Assembly (NCBI RefSeq): GCF_020745735.1
Contig: NC_083409.1
Span: forward strand, 8,483,534-8,547,533
Source: Hemiscyllium ocellatum
Lineage: Eukaryota
Direction: 5' to 3'
DNA length: 64,000 nucleotides
Shown here: positions 60,635 to 64,000 of the stretch, in pieces
Position numbering within the stretch: position 1 is the first letter of the stretch
How the letters are laid out: each line of letters starts with the position of its first letter
Notes under the pieces: generated by a model
Seen by the model: the letters and a program-made list of their open reading frames with translations, nothing else
Told to the model about the DNA's origin: nothing
Database searches by the model: none
Made by a program: the position numbers and the translations under genes

Positions 60635-61232
60635 TGTTATGGACCAGGCCAGACCCTTCGAAACATTTTAAGTATGCAGCCCAGACCTTACGTTTTCGAA
60701 TTGTGTCAAGCAAATGTAACCTGGATATTCCAGGATTGATACAACTGGCCAAACCACTCAGCTTGAAGGAAAAGAGTATTTATTTACAATCAAAAGAAAA
60801 CAGAATTTAGAAAAACTTAACTATTTGAAAACCCAACTGACAAAAAAAATGTAACTTGACAAAGAGCTGTTCCACTTTGCTTCAATAGCCTTGGCAAAAA
60901 GGTATATATAAACACAGGGGTTCTAACAGGAGAGGAATTTCAGACAGTGAGTCCACTGGAAAATGTTGAATTATGGAACCTTTCTCACCAGCAGCTTTCT
61001 TTATCCAGGAGCTTCCAACTGACTGTTTGTCAAAAACAGCAAACTGGAAGAACTGGCCACTCTCCTTTTGTTGGACAAGTATTTAATATAAAACCTAAAA
61101 GCCTTTTCCCTGACTGTTGCCTTAGGCAGTATCTGTTAGCCATGAGCAAAGTCCCTAACCCAGACAAATTGGAACCGCTGCCTTTACAACCCCTCTTGAA
61201 AAAAAAATCCAAGGACAACTCAATCTTGTGAA
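60635..61232 (-). mobile_element. Solo LTR related to 15860-16600
   Basis: Plus strand begins TGTTATGG (minus-strand end ...ATAACA); shared segments TTTTGCCAAGG and GAAAACGT.AG.GTCT.GGCT. Confidence 0.65.
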
Positions 61233-61234
61233 AT

Positions 61235-62100
61235 GAGCAGTATATTCACACCATTGTGAAAGCTGATTTAAAGCACCGCTGCACTTCTTCCACCATTTCT
61301 TTGTTCCCCATTACTACTTATGCCTTTTCCAGTGGTACAATTTCTATTATGGACTCTCTCTTGCCTTTCATATATCTAAAGAAAACCTCTTGCAATATTC
61401 TTTTATGTTACTAGCTCGCTTACCCTTATTTTTTATTTACACAACCATCCTTACTTTTTTTTTAGTTACTCTCTGCTGGTTTTAAAGGCTTCCCAATCCT
61501 CTGGCTTCTCAATAATCTTCACCACATTGCATGTTTTTTCTTTTGCTTTTATGCTGACCCTGACTTCCCTCATCAGCCATGGTTGCCTTGGCCTCCACTC
61601 AGTATCGTTCTTCTTCCTTGTGTTGAATTCCTGCTCCGCCTCCCAAATTACCCCCAGAAACTCCTGCCATTGCTGCTCCATTCTCTCTTATGCTCAGCTT
61701 CTCTTCTTATCAACTCTGACCAGCTCCTCCCTCATGTCTTTGTAGTTACCTTAAGTTAAGTTGCTTTACCGGTACAACTGACTCCAGATTCTCTGTCACA
61801 AACTGCAGGGTGAATTCTGTCATATTACGGTCAATGCCCCCAAGGGATTCCTTCACCCTAAGTTCCCTAATCAGGTCTGCTTCAATACACATCACCCAAT
61901 CCAGAATTGCCTGTTCCATAGTGATCCCTATCACAAGCTGCTCCAAAAACCCTGTCGTAGACATTCCATTAATTCCTTCCCTTGACTTCCCCAAACAACT
62001 TAATTTTCCAGTCTACCTGCATATTGTAGTCCCTCAAGACTATTGTAGCAGAGCCTTCTCTATCACCTGTCCAAACATTTCCATGTGATCTGTCAGCTTC
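61235..62100 (-). mobile_element. CR1 endonuclease/linker fragment
   Basis: FLEQLVIGITMEQAILDWV, QPWLMREVRVSIKAK. Confidence 0.75.
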
Positions 62101-62119
62101 CTTCAACTCTTCCCATTTC

Positions 62120-63580
62120 CTCCAAATCCAGTGGGTGGCCATGGGTCCCAGCTATGTCTGCTTGTTGTCGGCTACATCAAACAACACCTTAGCAGTACAT
62201 GCACAGGCACCGTTCCCCAAATCTTCTGCCATTACATCAGTGACTGCATCAGTGCTGCATCCTCCACCCACGCTGAACTGCAGCAGTTCGTCGACTTTGC
62301 TAACAACTTCCAATCGGCCCTTAAATTCACGGAGTCTATCTTGGACAAATCCTTCTCCTTTCTTGACTGCCCCATTTCCATCTCCGGTGACAGTGCATGA
62401 GCAGACATTTACTGTAAACCCACAGACTCACACAACTATCTGGTCAACACCTCCTCCTAACCAGTATCCTGCAAGAATACCGTCCCGTTTTCCCAATTCT
62501 TCCATCTCCGTCACATCTGCTCGAACAAGGAGACGCTCCACTCCCAAGTGTCCCAGATGTCCACCCATTTTTAACAATATACTTTTCCCACCTCTGCCAT
62601 CCAGAAAGCGCTCCACCGCACCTCTTCCATTCTCTGCTCTCCAAATCTAAACACCCCTCTCCAAAATTCAAGAAAGCAGGGTCCCCTTTGTCTTCATCTT
62701 ACACTCCACCAATCTCCACATCCAATGTGTCAGCCTCAAAAAGTTCTGCCAACTGCAGCTAGACCCCACCACCAAGAACACCTTACCCTCCCCACCCCTC
62801 TCTGCCTTCCACAAGGACTGTTCCCTTTGACAATCCTTGGTTTTCACCACTCTTCACATCTACCCCCTCCCCACCAACACAACTCTTATACCTTCCCCTG
62901 CAACCGTAAAAGATGCAAAACCTGCCGACAAACCACCCCTGTCATTTCCAGCCAGGGTCCCAGTCTTCCAGGTCAGACAGAGGTTCACCTGCCTCTCCTC
63001 GAAACTAGTTTATTGTATCCGGTGCACCCATTGTGGTCTTCTCTACATCGGTGAGACCAAACATAGGCCGACCTGGCCTCCCAGTCACTGTCTATTTCAA
63101 TTCTCCTTCCTATTTCCTCTCTGACATGACCATCCTCTGCCTCCTCCATTGCCACAAGCAATCCGTCTGCAAGTTGGAGGAACAAATAATGATCTTTTGT
63201 CTGGGAAGCTTACAACCCAGAGGAATCAACGTTGAATTTTCCAGTTTCAAAAAGCCTCCCTTTCCCAACTTTCGATTCCCTTGCCAGTCCCCCTCCTCTA
63301 TTCTATTCCACTTACGGACGCTCCCTTTCTTCCACCAAATGGATTAATTCCTCCCATCAACCAACCACTTCAAACCCTCTACTTGTGTTCATCCATCAAT
63401 ACCTACCACTCCACCATTCCCCCCACCTGCCCAAACAACCGATCCCACCTTGATGTGTAGTTCCCCCTACCCCCACCTGCAGTTCTGAAGAAGGGTTATA
63501 CCCGAAAGGTTGACTGCTCCACCTCCAGATTCTGCCTGGCTTGCTGTGTTCTTCCAACCTCCTGTAAGCTTCCATTCCAG
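62120..63580 (+). mobile_element. Penelope-like element: RT, GIY-YIG and terminal repeat
   Basis: AMGPSY.CL, HYISDC (degenerate YIDD), FLDCPIS, KPTDSH, IPFSQFLHLRHICS, RFTCLSSKLVYCIRCTHCGLLYIGETK. Confidence 0.9.
63479..63517 (+). ncRNA. Minimal type I hammerhead ribozyme with one core-adjacent substitution
   Basis: GCAGTT-CTGAAGA-A-GGGT(TAT)ACCC-GAAAGGTT^GACTGC; stem I 6 pairs; AACGTT palindrome changed to AAGGTT. Confidence 0.7.
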
Positions 63581-63849
63581 CCTGATAACCATCTCAGACA
63601 CTGGAAAGAAATGCTCAGGGCGCAGGTTAACATGGTTCAAAAAGTCTTTTCAGCTGAAGCTTCAGTGTTTGCCTTCAGTGTGGATTTTCAGTTACTGAAT
63701 TGCTTCCCTGTAATGTGACAGGAAGAAAGAACACTTGTTGGTGCAGTGTTTTTTTTTAATCGTCCCAGGATATTTAAAGCTGCGTGCATATTGCAATCAC
63801 CTTCACAAGACAAAATGCTGAGGTCCCAAAATCAGCAAACGAATGATGA

Positions 63850-63990
63850 GATAAATCTTTTTGGAGGCATTAGTTGAATATTGAGCAGGATACCTGAGGG
63901 ACTCTCTTCAGAACGGGATCTTGTCGAGCCCCCTGAGGTGGCGGGATTGGGGTCTGGGTGGTGCTGGTGGGGCTTTAAATGAACATCCCA
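63850..63990 (-). mobile_element. Degenerate Deu-domain (AmnSINE/SacSINE-like) SINE remnant
   Basis: GAATATTGAGCAGGATACC...GGGATCTT..CGAGCCCCCTGAG resembles the antisense Deu domain; recognised from memory. Confidence 0.35.
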
Positions 63991-64000
63991 TACATAACAT

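Overview
Eukaryotic genomic DNA from a cartilaginous fish (shark/ray), judged from a clustered immunoglobulin kappa V-J unit with a shark-type leader, HE1-type tRNA-derived SINEs and abundant CR1 LINEs. I could not identify an intact protein-coding gene. Main contents: (1) many decayed CR1, CR1/L2-group and L2 LINE pieces, Penelope-like elements carrying hammerhead ribozyme motifs, a decayed Gmr1-type Gypsy element and two solo LTRs; (2) one young, essentially full-length CR1 LINE (23284-27850) whose 5' end is built from two near-identical ~265-bp units, each ending in a TATA-like box with an initiator exactly 31 nt downstream, plus candidate 5'UTR introns - the most novel-looking feature; (3) a frameshifted GPR139/142-like GPCR exon (31060-31958) in a tandem-repeat island of 65-bp and 40-bp minisatellites, a ~9.7-kb polypurine satellite and a 33-bp minisatellite; (4) an unrearranged Ig kappa V-J cluster (53870-54913) with a dead V, an apparently intact J and no C exon in the window. 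All calls are by eye, and boundaries of old repeats are approximate (tens of bp).
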